64,000 nt of DNA from Eledone cirrhosa (GCA_964016885.1 OZ024742.1:41478001-41542000), one strand, 5' to 3'. Shown: positions 16,189 to 31,377, counted from the stretch's first letter. The notes: a model not told the origin generated them from the letters alone. Translations and numbers: made by a program.

Positions 16189-18485
16189 TTCAAGAGTAAC
16201 CAATCTTAAAGAGAGAGATGGAGATAGGAGAGGAGATATGAGAGGACATAACCAATAATGAGATTAACATCATACTTATGGCTAGGCAGACTATCATTGA
16301 ATTCAACGGAGCACTCTGGACTAGAAAAGATTGAACAGACAACTTTGACATTACGATGGGCTCAAGTGACTCCGCGCAAATCACCGATTTAGTTGGAATT
16401 TACCTATTACATAACATCAGAGCCGAAATTCAACCCATGCAAGACGGAATATACAGGGACGACGCCCTATTTGCAGTCCACAATTGCACTAATCGGGGCA
16501 TCGATTTGCTAAAGAAACAATTACATAGATTCTTTAAAAATAACGGTCTCTCTATCACCATCGAGCCGAACCATAAAGTAGTAAACTTCCTAGACGTCAC
16601 CCTGGATCTCAACAATAACCTATATTACCTTTACCATAAACCAGGTGAAATACTCACATATATTAGCCCACACTCTAACCACCCACCGGCAGTCATCAGA
16701 GCAGTAATCAAATCTATCTCGTATAGGATCTCAATGCTATCAGCAAATGAGGAGATATTTATAAACCATGCAAAATATTATAATAAGGCTCTCTCTGAAT
16801 CTGGTTATGAACAATCAATTTATTACATACCTAAATGCCATAACACAGCAATTCACCATAATAAACTTAACACTAGAACGAGCAATACCTTAGCATATAG
16901 CCAGATTCGCCGGAATTTTAGCAGTAACAGCACCTATACAGGGAAGTTTAATGGTGGCAGCGGCCTGCTCCCCACTCCAAGTAGCAAACTAAAAATCAAC
17001 CCTAGAATAGGAATGAGAAATGGGATGACAAATAACAAATTCCCAGGTAATAATAATCCTAGGAAGGCCCCTACCAACTCCACTAGAACCCCTAGAAGGA
17101 ATAGTCCTAGAAAAATCACCTGGCTTAACTCCCCCATTCACATCTAATCTAGCCACTAATATCCCCAAACGCTTCTTCTCTATCCTATCTAAACATTTTC
17201 CCCCCAACCATAGATATTACAAACTCTTTAATAAAAATAACATTAAAATCTCATTCTCCACAATACCTAACCTAGCTAGCCACATCGCATTCAGTAACCA
17301 TCATAAACTTAGACAGTATAACTCCCACACCACGGTACCACCACCCCTATCAAATACACCACGCCACTACACCAATAATTACTCTAGTAGCACACCTCCC
17401 CATCTAATCCTTCTAGCACTGACCTACCGCTTAGGTTAAACTACTCTACTCTCACTAACCGCAGAAGCAACTGCAACTGCCGTTACCCCAATGCATGCCC
17501 ATTAAATGGACACTGCCTGACACCCAACATAGTCTATAGGTGCACGGTTAAAACTGCTTCGAATACCAGCTCTTATATCGGGTCTACCTCTAACCCTTTT
17601 AAGGTACGCTATAGCGCGCACTCTTTTTCCTTCCGAGACCCTAGCAACAGATGTTCGACATCGCTGGCTAGGCTCATTAAAAACCTTAAATTAAACAACG
17701 TTCAACACTCACTAAAATTGGATATCGTGTCAATGGACGAAGAAAATCTTGTGATCTCTGTATTACAGAAGCATATTACATAACTCTATCACGACCTCTA
17801 CCGATTAACGATAGAACGGAGGTAACTATTAGCTGTCAACATCGAAGGGCTAATTCCTTCGCCAAAAGAATATTTGACCCAACTTAGTCATCTAGCCCCA
17901 TTTTTACTTGTAGCTAATAAGTTAAATAGCTATGAACAACTTAGATAATTATAAGTTACCTCCCCTACATTGTCTTTCAATTAAAAAAATTAAAAATTAG
18001 CACTTAACTATAAATACCCACAATTTCTAATCTCTCAAGGAGTTACTTCCCCTGTAATTAGTAAGGTAAATATGTCCTTTGGCAGCCCCATCTTGTTACC
18101 CATAGGAAGATCTCACACAATGCAGCCTCGACAGATGAATACTGCTTGATTATGGCTGACAACTGATGCAACAAGGGCACCATAGTGAAAAACCAATATA
18201 TGGAACATTATATTATGTAACATTCTCTCATTATTTTAATTTATATTCCTTTGAAGTTCCGATGAGCCGCTCTGTCTTTTAAATATGTCAATTATTTTCA
18301 ACTGAACCAGATCAATTATGATATATAGTCATCTGATCCAGAAATATTATATGGAGTAGCGAAACAATTGTAAACGGACATTATTATTGTTAATATTATT
18401 CCTTACATCAAACTAAAATATGTTGACAATCTTTTAATAATGTCTTCCTTGTGAAATGTGTGGTCTTGTTTTGCTTAACTAATGA
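16187..18485 (+). mobile_element. 5'-truncated Hydra-type PLE (RT and GIY-YIG, frameshifted) with 3' pLTR
   Basis: FDITMGSSDSAQITDLVG, GIYRDDAL, VNFLDVTLDL, SNHPP, then CNCRYPNACPLNGHCL and YIGST; (TA)n on both sides. Confidence 0.88.
18256..18375 (+). ncRNA. Hammerhead with a U4C core change and ~95-nt stem II
   Basis: GTT-CCGATGA-GCCGCTCTGT...ATGGAGTAGC-GAAA-CAATTG-TA-AAC. Confidence 0.6.
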
Positions 18486-18584
18486 ATATATATATATATA
18501 TATATGTATATACATACATATATATATATATGTATGTATATATATATATGTGTATATATATATATGTATGTATATATATATATG

Positions 18585-18696
<112 letters not shown>

Positions 18697-18889
18697 TATA
18701 TTTCTTAAGGTTTGTTGGTTCACCACTGGATAGAACTGGTCATTCCCTATGGTCAATCCTGGTGTAATATTGTGAAGAGTACTCAATGCAGTGCAGTTCA
18801 CCCATCTTCGTCATATGGAACCCGGTCATTGAAATGATCATAGTATAATAAACCTTTCAAGGATTTACACCAGTCCAGCCTCCTGTTAC

Positions 18890-18970
<81 letters not shown>

Positions 18971-18973
<3 letters not shown>

Positions 18974-20805
18974 AAACGTTTCGTTGAGGGTTTCCCGTCT
19001 ATCTACTAACGAGCATATTTTCAACGACCATTCCATATATTACAATGAAGCTCTTGCTCGGAGTGGATTTGTCGATAAGGTAGCATATACAGAGTACAAG
19101 AATAGACCTAGAAGAAATAGATCCCGACGCATTATATGGTATAACCCACCATATAATATGGAGGTGGCTACACCATTAGCTAAGATCTTTCTATCCCTTA
19201 TTACGAAGCATTTCCCCCTACACATAAATATAGTAAAATTTTTAATAGAAATACTATTAAAATTTCTTACTCTACGACTCCTAACCTTGCACATAACATC
19301 ACAGCTTCAAATTTCGCTAAACTACCTAGCCGTAGGAACACGTGCAACCCTGTAGTTAGTACTAACTGTAATTGTAGGAATCGGGTTGATTGCCCCCTAT
19401 CCGGGAAATGCCTCTCTAGTAACATTGTCTACAAATGTAAGGTTGTAACACCCATGTCCCGTAGGGCCTACATAGGGTTAACCGCCAATAGATTCAAGCA
19501 ACGTCTTTACATGCATACCCATTCTTTTCGTTATCCTCTAAGAAGGAATATAACGTCACTTTCAGCTTATATCTAGAGTCTAAAAGACAACCACATCCAA
19601 TATAAGTTACACTGGGAGATCCTAGCTAGGGTTAGATCGTATAACGGAAATAAAAGACCATGTGACCTCTGCGCCGCTGAGGCCCTGGAAATACTCTACG
19701 CCACAGACCACATCTTAAACAAAAAATCTGAGGCAATTTCGGCTTGTAAACATAAATTGCACAAAACTTTCCTGTATTACAGCCCCACGTTATACTCTAA
19801 CGGATAGTACGATCTATACGCGGATATTTTACGTCTTGATCTGGTAGCTAAGTATATGTTATGTTTATACCATTACTTATTTGCATAGGTAAGTATATAT
19901 TACCTGTATTTTTGTGAAGGTACGTATACTTTCTCGAACGTATATTTGATTGTATATGTTATGGCGTATATTTTATATATTCTGGTACATATGCTTTTGG
20001 TTATGTGTATATGTGAGTTTTGCGTCTGTGTGTGTATGCGGGTTCGTACGTATGTAGGGTGTGTGTATATGTGTACTTCGTGTTTTGGTTGACGTACGTC
20101 TCCGAACATTTGTGTATTTACATGTAGGTATCTGTGTGCGCTTGTTATATACGTATTTATTTATTTATATACGTTTATTTAATTATTTGTATACACGCAC
20201 ACACACACACATATTTATATGTGCGTGTATTTGTATACCTATGGCGAGTTTTTTCGCGTATGCTTGTGTATGTACGTAATTGGATGCGTGTATGTATTTA
20301 TTTAATTTCAATTACCTCTGTATTTTATTTAATTTATTCTTAATTCTGAAGCGGAGAATCATTCAGTTTCCTAGTTAGAATTTTAGTCTACGACTTCAGT
20401 TATACCTTTTACGTGATTTTGTCTTTGCGTGCAATTGTTCTCCACGGTCCACATATGATGTATTATCTTCGTTTTTTCCGTTCATTGCCAGAGAACGTCT
20501 CTATGAACCACATAAGAGAATATTAGTCTACGACTTCTTTTATACCATAAACGTAGTTTTGTCTTTGCGTGTAATTGTTTTTCACCGCTCCAAATAATTA
20601 TGTATTATATTCGTTTTTTCCCGTTCTTTGCCAGGGAACGTTTCCACGAACCAAAGTATCGTGTTCCTGTCTTCCTGCGGTTGCAACGTTTTTTGAAATA
20701 TTCACTTCTGCGTTTACAGATTGACTTTGTTAGTTTCAGAAGATCCCGTTAAGGGTGAAAGCAGCGATTCTTTGCTTAAACTTTAATCTGTTATTTTAAT
20801 AAATA
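18971..20805 (+). mobile_element. 5'-truncated Hydra-type PLE (thumb and EN to ~19800) with 3' region containing a ~140-bp tandem duplication (20382-20653)
   Basis: RIIWYNPPY, CNCRNRVDCPLSGKCL, YIGLTANRFKQR, CDLC; the 3' part recurs inverted at 45942-46290. Confidence 0.85.
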
Positions 20806-20845
20806 TACATATATATATATGTATATATATATATATATGTATATG

Positions 20846-20919
<74 letters not shown>

Positions 20920-20930
20920 CATATATATAC

Positions 20931-20965
<35 letters not shown>

Positions 20966-21003
20966 AATAAAACCAGAACATATTAGCGTACACACCCGCG
21001 TGT

Positions 21004-21065
<62 letters not shown>

Positions 21066-21070
<5 letters not shown>

Positions 21071-21540
21071 AAAATGGAACGGGAACAAATCAGAGATGCA
21101 GTACGAACAAAGGCTTATTAGTTTCACGCTCTTGAGAGTGGGGGGGGGGACGTTTCGGGTATAAGCCCTTCTTCAGGCGAAAAGTGTGGGGGAAGAGAGT
21201 TCCAAGGGTGTGTAGGGGAGTGGGGAGAGACATTTAGAAAAAAGGGGGTGAGAGGAAACGGTGGAAGGGGTACAAATGAAAATAAATATGAAAATATAAT
21301 AAAAATAAAAATAAACATGAAGATAAACAAGTGGTGGAAGGGTGTGGGGCGTGTTGGGGTGGCGGCGGGTGGAGTGGGGAGAGGGAGACGGGGTGTCCGA
21401 GCGGCGAGAGCTGAAGGTGGTGTGTGTGTGTAGGTGTAGTGTGTGTGTGTGTATGTGGATGTGAGAGTTGGGGGAAGAACGGGGTTCCATGATCAGGAAA
21501 TGGTGTGTGTGGGGTGGGGTGTGGGTCGGTGTGTGTGTGC
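21066..21540 (-). mobile_element. Solo PLE pLTR with minimal hammerhead core at 21149-21176
   Basis: CTGAAGA-AGGGCTTATACCC-GAAACGTC; homologous to 30830-31307 (+). Confidence 0.7.
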
Positions 21541-21590
21541 GTATATATATATATATCCACACGCAGGTGTGTACGCTAATATGTTCTGGT

Positions 21591-21648
<58 letters not shown>

Positions 21649-21656
21649 TATGTGTG

Positions 21657-21723
<67 letters not shown>

Positions 21724-21734
21724 ATATACATATA

Positions 21735-21771
<37 letters not shown>

Positions 21772-21778
<7 letters not shown>

Positions 21779-22500
21779 AAGTGGATGAATACTTCAACAG
21801 GTACAATGTACTTGTAGAAATATGCAATTTGTTTATAATATTTGTGGTTCAATAGTACTAATTCGAGATGCCAGAACAATATAAGAAGTAGCGAAGCAAG
21901 CGGTTATCAAACAATTCTCTAAATAAATTAAAAAACGATTTAAATAATCACCTGTTTCAATGCTGTTACCGACGGTTTCATCATTCCAAAAGATTGGAAA
22001 TCTAGAGAATTTCCAATGGAAAGAAATGAATCTTCAGACAGCTTATTTCCACACCATAAGGTTGCAAACCCTATAGTAAGTAAATATTTTGCTTCCTGCC
22101 CAACGCATGCGATCAAGCCGTTAAAATGACACACACGCAAAATCAGATCGCTGATAATAGCTGTATATTATAAACATGTTGATATTGCCACTAAAATTAG
22201 CAGCATTATTCAACGTTTTGTTCTCTACATAAGGAGAAAAATTATAAAAGTGGATGAATACCTCAACAGGTACAATGTACTTGTAGAAATATGCAATTTG
22301 TTTATAATATTTGTAGTTCAATGGTACTAATTCGAGATGCCAGAACAATATAAGAAGTAGCGAAGCAAGCGGTTATCAAACAATTCTCTAAATAAATTAA
22401 AAAACAATTTAAATAATCACCTGTTTCAATGCTGTTACCGACGGTTTCATCATTCCAAAAGATTGGAAATCCAGAGAATTTCCAATGGAAAGAAATGAAT
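21772..22500 (-). repeat. Partial tandem pLTR (21772-22240 and 22241-22500) downstream of the PLE at 23600-24780
   Basis: ~260-bp direct repeat starting ATTATAAAAGTGGATGAATAC at 21772 and 22241. Confidence 0.85.
21962..22042 (-). ncRNA. Hammerhead ribozyme with extended stem II
   Basis: GCTGT-CTGAAGA-TTCATTTC...ATTGGAAAT/ATTTCCAAT...GGAATGAT-GAAA-CCGTCGG-TA-ACAGC. Confidence 0.8.
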
Positions 22501-23093
22501 CATTGTTTAATTATGATTAGATATTTAGTTTAAAAATTGAGATCAATATATTAAAAATTGGAATTTAAACATCACAAAATATATATATTGCTAGAGAAAT
22601 TACCTATCGTATAGCACGTACATATAAGCAAAGATACATAAATATATATATACACACACACTCAGAAAATACACATTATATCTACTCCCGCATATAATAT
22701 ATACATACAAAGCATAAGTGATTTCTTTTTATTACTGCTATACATTCCTTGTGTTATTAAATAAAAATTCCTAGTATATATATATAAATATATAGGATTA
22801 ACTTTCATGCATTTATGGCTGTTAAAAATTATGTATATCTGCAATAAAAACTGCATGGGTAAGCATGTACACACACACAATTCCTAGCTATACATATATA
22901 AATATGTGTGTGCATCTTCACCCAATTGGTAGACACGCGTCACTCATGCATATATACAGACAGACATATAATCATAAAAAAGCATATAACACATGTATAT
23001 GTATGTTAATACACATATATAGATACATAGTCAATATATTACATAGTACAATTGAGTATATAAAATACAAAAGGATTATATTTTGGAAATATA

Positions 23094-23479
23094 ATTATAT
23101 CAATATAACTTAAAAGACAAACGAATTCTACAAATATCAAAATATTTAAATATTTAAAAATATTATAGAATATCTTAAGTTAAAATAATATGTTTAATAG
23201 ATTTACTATAGAAATTTATCTTACGTATATTTTAATCAAGATATTGAAAGGATAAACTTTTGAAAATTATGAGAAGCTATCAGAATAAAAACAAACCTAA
23301 TAAAAAATAAATAAAATATTATATCAATATAACTTAAAAAACAAGGATTCTACAGATATCAAAATATTAAAATATTTTAAAATATTATAGAATATTTTAA
23401 GCTAAAATAATATGTTTAATATATTTAGTATAGAAATTTATCTTACGTATATTTTATTTAAGATATTGAAAGGATAAAC
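23094..23479. repeat. Diverged ~160-bp direct duplication (23094-23257 / 23318-23479)
   Basis: ATTATATCAATATAACTTAAAA...GATATTGAAAGGATAAAC occurs twice. Confidence 0.8.
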
Positions 23480-23599
23480 ATTTCTAGAGTAGTTTATTAT
23501 ATTTATATTTATATTTAGGAAGAAAATTTATACTTGAGTATTTAACCAAAGAAAATGAAAAAGGTGAAGGAATCTAATGATTTATCGACAGGTTTCATA

Positions 23600-24780
23600 T
23601 ATTAGCCAAATTACTTAATTAATTATACTACATTTTAAATTTATATTTATATTTAAACGTTGAATTCAATCTATGTCTGCAGCAACTGAATAAATTATTC
23701 CTTAAATTAAGGGAATTTTTGGTCTTTAATATAAAGAATATTTCCTCTATACAAAGATCACAATTTTCTGAAGAGGAATTAAAATATTCCAAATCAACGA
23801 ATATTCAACATTATCTCGTTTTAGGTCCCATAATAGGCTAGATAGCGAAGTTGAAGATTTTTTGTTTGGATCTGTAAAAGAATTTTTATGATTATTGAAG
23901 CGGGATTTAAATTCTGTAGAGGTAGAACCGACATAATTAAATGAATTTAAATTAGTTTTAACATTACAATTATAAACTACATTTTTAGCTAAGCAGTTGT
24001 TATTTAACGGACAGTTGGATTTATTTCTACAGTTACAATTATTCGATTGAATATTGCTTGGGTTATTATTGGTATTTTGGTTAGGTTTTAAATTTCTATT
24101 ATTAATTCTATTAATATTTTGCGCTAAATTTTTGGTGGAAGAGTAAGTTAATTTTATAGTATGTCTATTAAAAATTGAGTAATATTTATGTGTTCTAGGG
24201 AAGCGTTTGTCAAGAGCTTTAAAGAATAGTTTAACAATAGGGATTTTAATATTTAGTGAGAAAGGAGGAGCGAACCATAATATATTCCTAGTTCTATTTC
24301 TTTTTCGGCTTTCGGAATTATTGTAATGTTTTCTATTATAGTTGTTAAAATTGTTACCATAATTAAAGTTGTTATTATTTTGGTTAGTTTGTTTATTATT
24401 ATTATTATCGATGTATTTAATTTTATTTCTATACCCAGCTCTACCTAACGCTTCGTTGTAAAAATGCGCTTTTTCATCAAATATATTCTTATTAGATGAA
24501 ATTCTTGAAATTCGTTCTTGAACAGAGTTCACTATAGTATTTTTAACGGATCTGGGGTGATTAGAGTTAAAATTGACATAATTTAAGTTCTCATTTAGTT
24601 TGTGAAATGGATAATGAAGACATGTGTTGAGATTTAGTGTTACATCTAGAAAATTGACTATTTTATGGTTATTCTCTATTTCTACTTTTAGATTAAGGTA
24701 ATTAAAAAATTGTATAATTTGTTTTCTTTTTCTATTTAGTTCACAGCTATTATTTTCTATAAGTAAAAGCATGTCGTCAA
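23600..24780 (-). pseudogene. Hydra-type PLE RT C-terminus and GIY-YIG endonuclease
   Basis: ORF 23747-24772: VNFLDVTLNL, SNHPRSV, LWFAPPF, CNCRNKSNCPLNNNCL, NVVY, YVGST. Confidence 0.88.
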
Positions 24781-25410
24781 CTTAATATGACATGACTTAA
24801 GGTTTTCGTTCTCTCCCCCTCTCTCTATCTCTATATTTCCCTCTCTTGAGTTTTTTCTATCTGTCTGGTGGTTTGATATCTCTCTGCTGTTTTCCTCTGT
24901 TTTCTTTTTTCTTTTTTCTTTTTTCTTTTTTCTTTTTTCTTTTTTCTTTTTTCTTTTTTCTTTTTTCTTTTTTCTTTCCTATTTTTCTTTATTTATCTCT
25001 CCCTTTCATTTCTCCACGTTTCTCTCTCTCTCCGTCTTTTTACTTATCCTTAACACTACGATTTACTAAAGTAAACAAACCACTATCCTGATGTCTTCCA
25101 AAACTAACGGTCGCATTTTGAAAGGGTACGTCAATGTTTATTTATAAAACTGGTATATATTGTATTTTGTTTGATGAAGGTATACCATAATTTAACTTGG
25201 TATCCTTGAAATATGTATAATGAAATAAATATGGTTTTATAAATATAGTTTCCATTTGTTAATATCGTATATCTACTCCAAATACTTGTCGAGTGCTTTA
25301 TATCAGTTATAAAACATTTACTTGTTGTATCCCAACAATTTAAATAGAACTTTTGCATATACATATATATATATATATCCACACGCAGGTGTGTACGCTA
25401 AAATGTTCTG

Positions 25411-25486
<76 letters not shown>

Positions 25487-25550
25487 CATATATATACATA
25501 TATATATATATATATGTATATACATATATATACATATATGTGAAGTATAT

Positions 25551-25957
<407 letters not shown>

Positions 25958-26939
25958 TTTACGATCGTTTCTAGATGATGATAATACATTGTAGCTATAC
26001 TCAGTAATTGATCTATGTAAGGTTAGTTACAAACTATCAGATAAAGAGAATATTTACTTACATGCATATCACCAGGTGTTTTCAAAATCAATAATAATTT
26101 TATTCAATAATAATTTTATTCAGAATTAGTAGTATGTTAGTATCATGTCCTTATTTGGAGGATGTTCAAGAACTAACGAATCAAATTGCTTTTTTCATAT
26201 GGTGTTAAGATGAAAAGTAATATACTTTAGTTGAGGTCATGACCCTTTGAAAGGAATGGTTGAAGGGTGTTAATAGTAGAATTGGCATAAAAATCTATTA
26301 GGAGGAAAGGGATTGTCAAACTGATAGTTAAATGTATCTGGTATAGTGAATTTAAAAGGAATGTCAAAATAAATGGTGATTAGTGTTGTATTGAGTTTTA
26401 AAGTGAATATAAATTAAGGTTATGGCTAGGAAAGATAGTATATTAAAAGATGAAAATTATAATAAGATAATGAAATACAGTAATGCGATAATATACAACT
26501 TAACCAACACAATATAGTACTGTGTGGTAAATTGCATTTAGTATAATATAGCATATTATACGCTTTAAAATACTATCAAGTATGTTTATGCATAAATAAT
26601 CAAACTCAGATAAATACATGTTGGCATAGTTAAAACACATAAATTTCATAGATTACAAAGTGCATATATCCACACTATATATATAGAGAGGTACAGTTAA
26701 ATTGATATCCAACCAAAAATATACATACGCACAAATAGATATACATATATATATACACACACACTCATACATACATACATACATATATAAGGATTAGAAT
26801 ACTGGAGCGTGTTGAAGTTAAACACCCTCTTCGTATTATAGAAATGACAGTAAAAGGTATAGCTCAATGCAGTTAAACAGAGCCAAAAAATTAAGAGAGT
26901 AAAACAAAGAATCCTTTAATACATCAAAAGTTTTTATTA

Positions 26940-26977
26940 GCCGACAATGTTTCGTCCTATTAAGGACTCATCAGGGC
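26940..26977 (-). ncRNA. Minimal hammerhead (left arm)
   Basis: Reverse complement of 28233-28270. Confidence 0.85.
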
Positions 26978-27330
26978 AATCAAAACAACAAGAAGTAATA
27001 TCGGCAGATACAAGCCGGAAACTCTGAAGAATATGGAGTGTACATACACTAAAGTCTTACAAAAATATATGATAATAAAAATGAAAATAAAAATAAAAAT
27101 AATAAAAATATATAATAAGAAGAATAACTAAGGATGTAGATAACATTAAGAACCATATTACAAATATAGTCCAAAGCAACTAACCTAAATCTAAACAAAT
27201 TTGGTTATATAGAGCAGGAATTATATATAACACAATGCAATAAACATAATACATTATAATAATATACCTTTACCAACATTAAAATTACAAATTAAAAATC
27301 AAAAGGTACAATATATACATGTATATATGT

Positions 27331-27397
<67 letters not shown>

Positions 27398-27837
27398 ACA
27401 ATACACACATCTATGATCAACTACACAAATTAAGCCCTATTAGAAGTTTGAATATAAAAATAAGCATGATATAAAAATAAGCATGATAATTATTTACTCT
27501 GTAACCCAGTATGAATCGATTTGTATACATTGTTTATGGTAAATGTTAGTACACTGTTTACGTATTATCATTGTATTTTATTGTGACATCTATATTGTTT
27601 CTGTAAATTAACCGGGGATTATCTATTCTATTATATTATATTGAATTATATAATTTCATTGTTTATTATTTATTATATGTGTCTCTTGTAATTATATCAT
27701 ATTATTGCCTCATGTATATTGGGTAGATGTATTGGTATTATTTTCACTCTTATCATGCTTATTTTTATATTCAAACTTCTAATAGGGCTTAATTTGTGTA
27801 GTTGATCATAGATGTGTGTATTGTTATATATATATGT

Positions 27838-27879
<42 letters not shown>

Positions 27880-28232
27880 ACATATATACATGTATATATT
27901 GTACCTTTTGATTTTTAATTTGTAATTTTAATGTTGGTAAAGGTATATTATTATAATGTATTATGTTTATTGCATTGTGTTATATATAATTCCTGCTCTA
28001 TATAACCAAATTTGTTTAGATTTAGGTTAGTTGCTTTGGACTATATTTGTAATATGGTTCTTAATGTTATCTACATCCTTAGTTATTCTTCTTATTATAT
28101 ATTTTTATTATTTTTATTTTTATTTTCATTTTTATTATCATATATTTTTGTAAGACTTTAGTGTATGTACACTCCATATTCTTCAGAGTTTCCGGCTTGT
28201 ATCTGCCGATATTACTTCTTGTTGTTTTGATT

Positions 28233-28270
28233 GCCCTGATGAGTCCTTAATAGGACGAAACATTGTCGGC
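28233..28270 (+). ncRNA. Minimal hammerhead (right arm)
   Basis: GCC-CTGATGA-GTCCT taat AGGAC-GAAA-CATTG-TC-GGC: canonical core with GUC triplet. Confidence 0.88.
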
Positions 28271-28891
28271 TAATAAAAACTTTTGATGTATTAAAGGATT
28301 CTTTTTTTTACTCTCTTAATACATACATATATATATATATATACACACACATACATATATACATATATATACATATATATATATATATACATACATATAT
28401 ACATATATATATATACACACACACACTCATACACATATATACATGTGTGAGTATATGCACATACTCATATATAAACACTCATACACCTATACTCACATAT
28501 ACACACACACAAACACATATATATATATATACACACACATATATATATATTTATATATACATACATACACATACACACATACATATACAAGTATATATAT
28601 ATACACATATACACATACATAAATACATATACACACACACATATATATATATATGCATATACACACATAAATATATTTGTATATCATACATAGATATATA
28701 TTTACTCATGCAATTACGGGTGGTTGTGTATCTTGTTGCCTTTAGTCATTAACGCATAAATCTAAAGAAGCTAAAACATTAAAAGGCAAAAGATAAGCAT
28801 GAATGCATATAATTAGGGGAAAGAGGTACTAATAAATGTTACTCTATATGGAATTATAGTGAGTTGCTATTTAGAATATTTAATTAGGTAT

Positions 28892-30597
28892 TTAATTAGG
28901 TTTATAGTATTTAAATGTTTTTCGTATACGGTGATTACAAACTATGATCAATTCCTGTCTTTTATTTAATAAATCGTCCTTAGATTTAGTAATTTCCAAG
29001 ATCTCCCCTGAACATAATCTGCATTCCCTCCTGTTCCCAAGATATGGAGTTCTTTGTAGAATGGTGTTCCACGATAACTTGAAATCTATTTTTTTCTTTT
29101 TATAATTATTTACCGCTTCAGCTAAAGATGTGGTGTTAGCTAGTTTAGTATTGTTGAAACTACTAGAGTGTGCGTAAAATCTTTTCTTAAATGTGTTTGA
29201 TGTAGATCCTATATATGTTTTGTTGGAGTCTGTAGTAGACACAGTGCATTTATATATTACATTATTAATCAAACAGTTTCCATTTAAGGGGAAAATGCTT
29301 CTATTTCTGCAATTACAGCCATACATAAGATGGTTATTGGGGGTGCCTATACTATTCTCATTAATCCTTGAGCTATTTCTATTGTAATTACTGATAGCAG
29401 GAGAATGAAGGTTGCTTCGTGGGTGGTTTGGTGCTAGGGTTGTATTGTGATTTTGTGTTCTGTTGTTTTTGTGTTGGTGATTTGGATGGTTGTGTTTTCT
29501 AGGTTGAAGGATTGTATTATTTGTCTTTTTAAAAGGTGCAGTCCTATTTAAATTATGTTGCGGTGGTGTAAGCATATTATTTTAAAGTTTATAAATGTTG
29601 TAGTTGCTTATTTTTAGTTTGAGATTGCTTGATATAGGGTATGAGAATTTAACAGTATACTTGTTAAATATTTGGTGGTATCTGTGGTTTGGTGGAAAAT
29701 GTTTATGTAGAATTTCAAAGAATTTTTTGGGGATTTGTCCAATAGTTTGCAGGTTAAAGGGTGCGTTGTACCATGTTATGTTTCTTTTGCGGTTTTTAGT
29801 TAAGTTCTTATTATCAATTATATTATTGTGTTGTGTTCTAGAAGAATTCCTATGGTTAGTGTCCTTATTTGTGGAATTTTGTAAATTATCGTGGTTGTAT
29901 TTGGTATTATTTTTGGGTAGATTATGAGATTTTGGGTGCTTGGTATTCATATGTGGGTTGATAACATTTGTCATAGATCGTGTAGTAATAGTTGTTGTGG
30001 TTTTTCGGTTGTTTGGTGTAATAGGAATAACCACTTTAGGTATTTGTTTCAATGGTATTTTTTGGTGTTTGTAGTTTTTGTTAGGTTTTATGTTTTGGTC
30101 CATAGTAGTGTTGGGGATATATGAGATTTTTTCTTTATATCCACTTCTAGTTAAGGCCTCGTTGTAGAAGGGTGCATTATTATAAAATATATCTTCATTA
30201 GAAGATAATTTAGAAAGTCTAAGAGATATGTTATATACTAAGTTCTTCAGTATAGAGCCAGGGTGGTTAGATTGTGAATGTACATAATGTAGATTTTGGT
30301 TAGGTTTGTGGTAAGGTTGATAAGCATTCGTAGAGAGGTCTAAGGTAACGTCAAGGAAATTAGCTACTTTTGAAGTGTTTTCAAAAGTGATGCTAAGGCT
30401 GTAATAGTCCTTGAGGAATTTTCTAATTTGTTTTTTGTTCTTCTCTATATTGGAATTGCTAAGATTGTTAGATAACAATAGACAATCATCCTGATAAAGA
30501 CAACCTTTAAGGTGGGGAAAAGAGTCATGAATGTTATAGAGGAGAAATAGTCTAACGAGGTCTGTAACTTGAGCAGAATCCATGGATCCCATCGTAA
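28892..30597 (-). pseudogene. 5'-truncated Hydra-type PLE RT and endonuclease
   Basis: ORFs 29582-30592 (MGSMDSAQV, LYQDDCL, NFLDVTLDL, SNHPG) and 28892-29575 (CNCRNR, YIGSTSNTFKKR, CRLC). Confidence 0.88.
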
Positions 30598-30598
30598 C

Positions 30599-30658
<60 letters not shown>

Positions 30659-30829
30659 GTATATATATATACACTCACAATTTTATATATATATATATAT
30701 ATATACACTCACAATTTTTTTTCGAACCACGCCACCTACATCCACAAAACGTATAAACACCAACACACACGTGCGTACCTCCACATATATACACACTCAG
30801 CCTCCGGAATTCTCCACCTCCTCCTCTGA

Positions 30830-31304
30830 CCCCTCCCCATCCACACGCACACACACACCAACCTACACCCCATCCCCACACACACACCTGAACATGGAAC
30901 CTCGTTCTTCCCCCAACTCTCACATTCACATACACACACACACACGTACACACATACACCACCTTCAGCCCTCTCCGCTCATACACCCCGCCTCCATCTC
31001 CCCACTCCACCCGCTAGCACCCCTACACGCCCCACACCCTTCCACCACTTATTTATCTTCATGTTTATTTTAATTTTTATTTGTACCCCTTCCACCGTTT
31101 TTCCTCCCTTTCCTCTCCCCCCTTTTTTCTAAATATCTCTCCACCACTCCCCCACATACCATCGGAACTCTCTTCCCATCCACTTTTCTCCTGAAGAAGG
31201 GCTTATGCCCGAAACGTCGTTCCCCACCCCCACTCTCAAGAGCGTGAAACTAATAAACCTTTGTTTGTACTGCCTCTCTGTTTTATTCTCGTTCCATTTT
31301 TCAC

Positions 31305-31307
<3 letters not shown>
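30830..31307 (+). mobile_element. Solo PLE pLTR with minimal hammerhead core at 31191-31218
   Basis: CTGAAGA-AGGGCTTATGCCC-GAAACGTC, then AATAAA and (TA)n; homologue of 21066-21540. Confidence 0.7.

Positions 31308-31374
<67 letters not shown>

Positions 31375-31377
<3 letters not shown>

Larger units (their letters stand above)
26790..28320. repeat. Fold-back element: ~580-bp arms 26890-27471 / 27751-28320, left arm extends to ~26790
   Basis: Near-perfect reverse complement including an internal (CA)n; ends abut TA/CA microsatellite. Confidence 0.92.

Noticed and set aside
18766-18846. Hammerhead-like GTGAAGA...GAAATGATCATA
   Set aside because: Core mismatch and inconsistent stem I register; at most a decayed relic.
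20735-20770. Hammerhead-like CAGAAGATCCCGTTAAGGGTGAAAGCAGC (also near 45975-46010)
   Set aside because: The core reads CAGA in both copies, with no convincing NUH or stem I.
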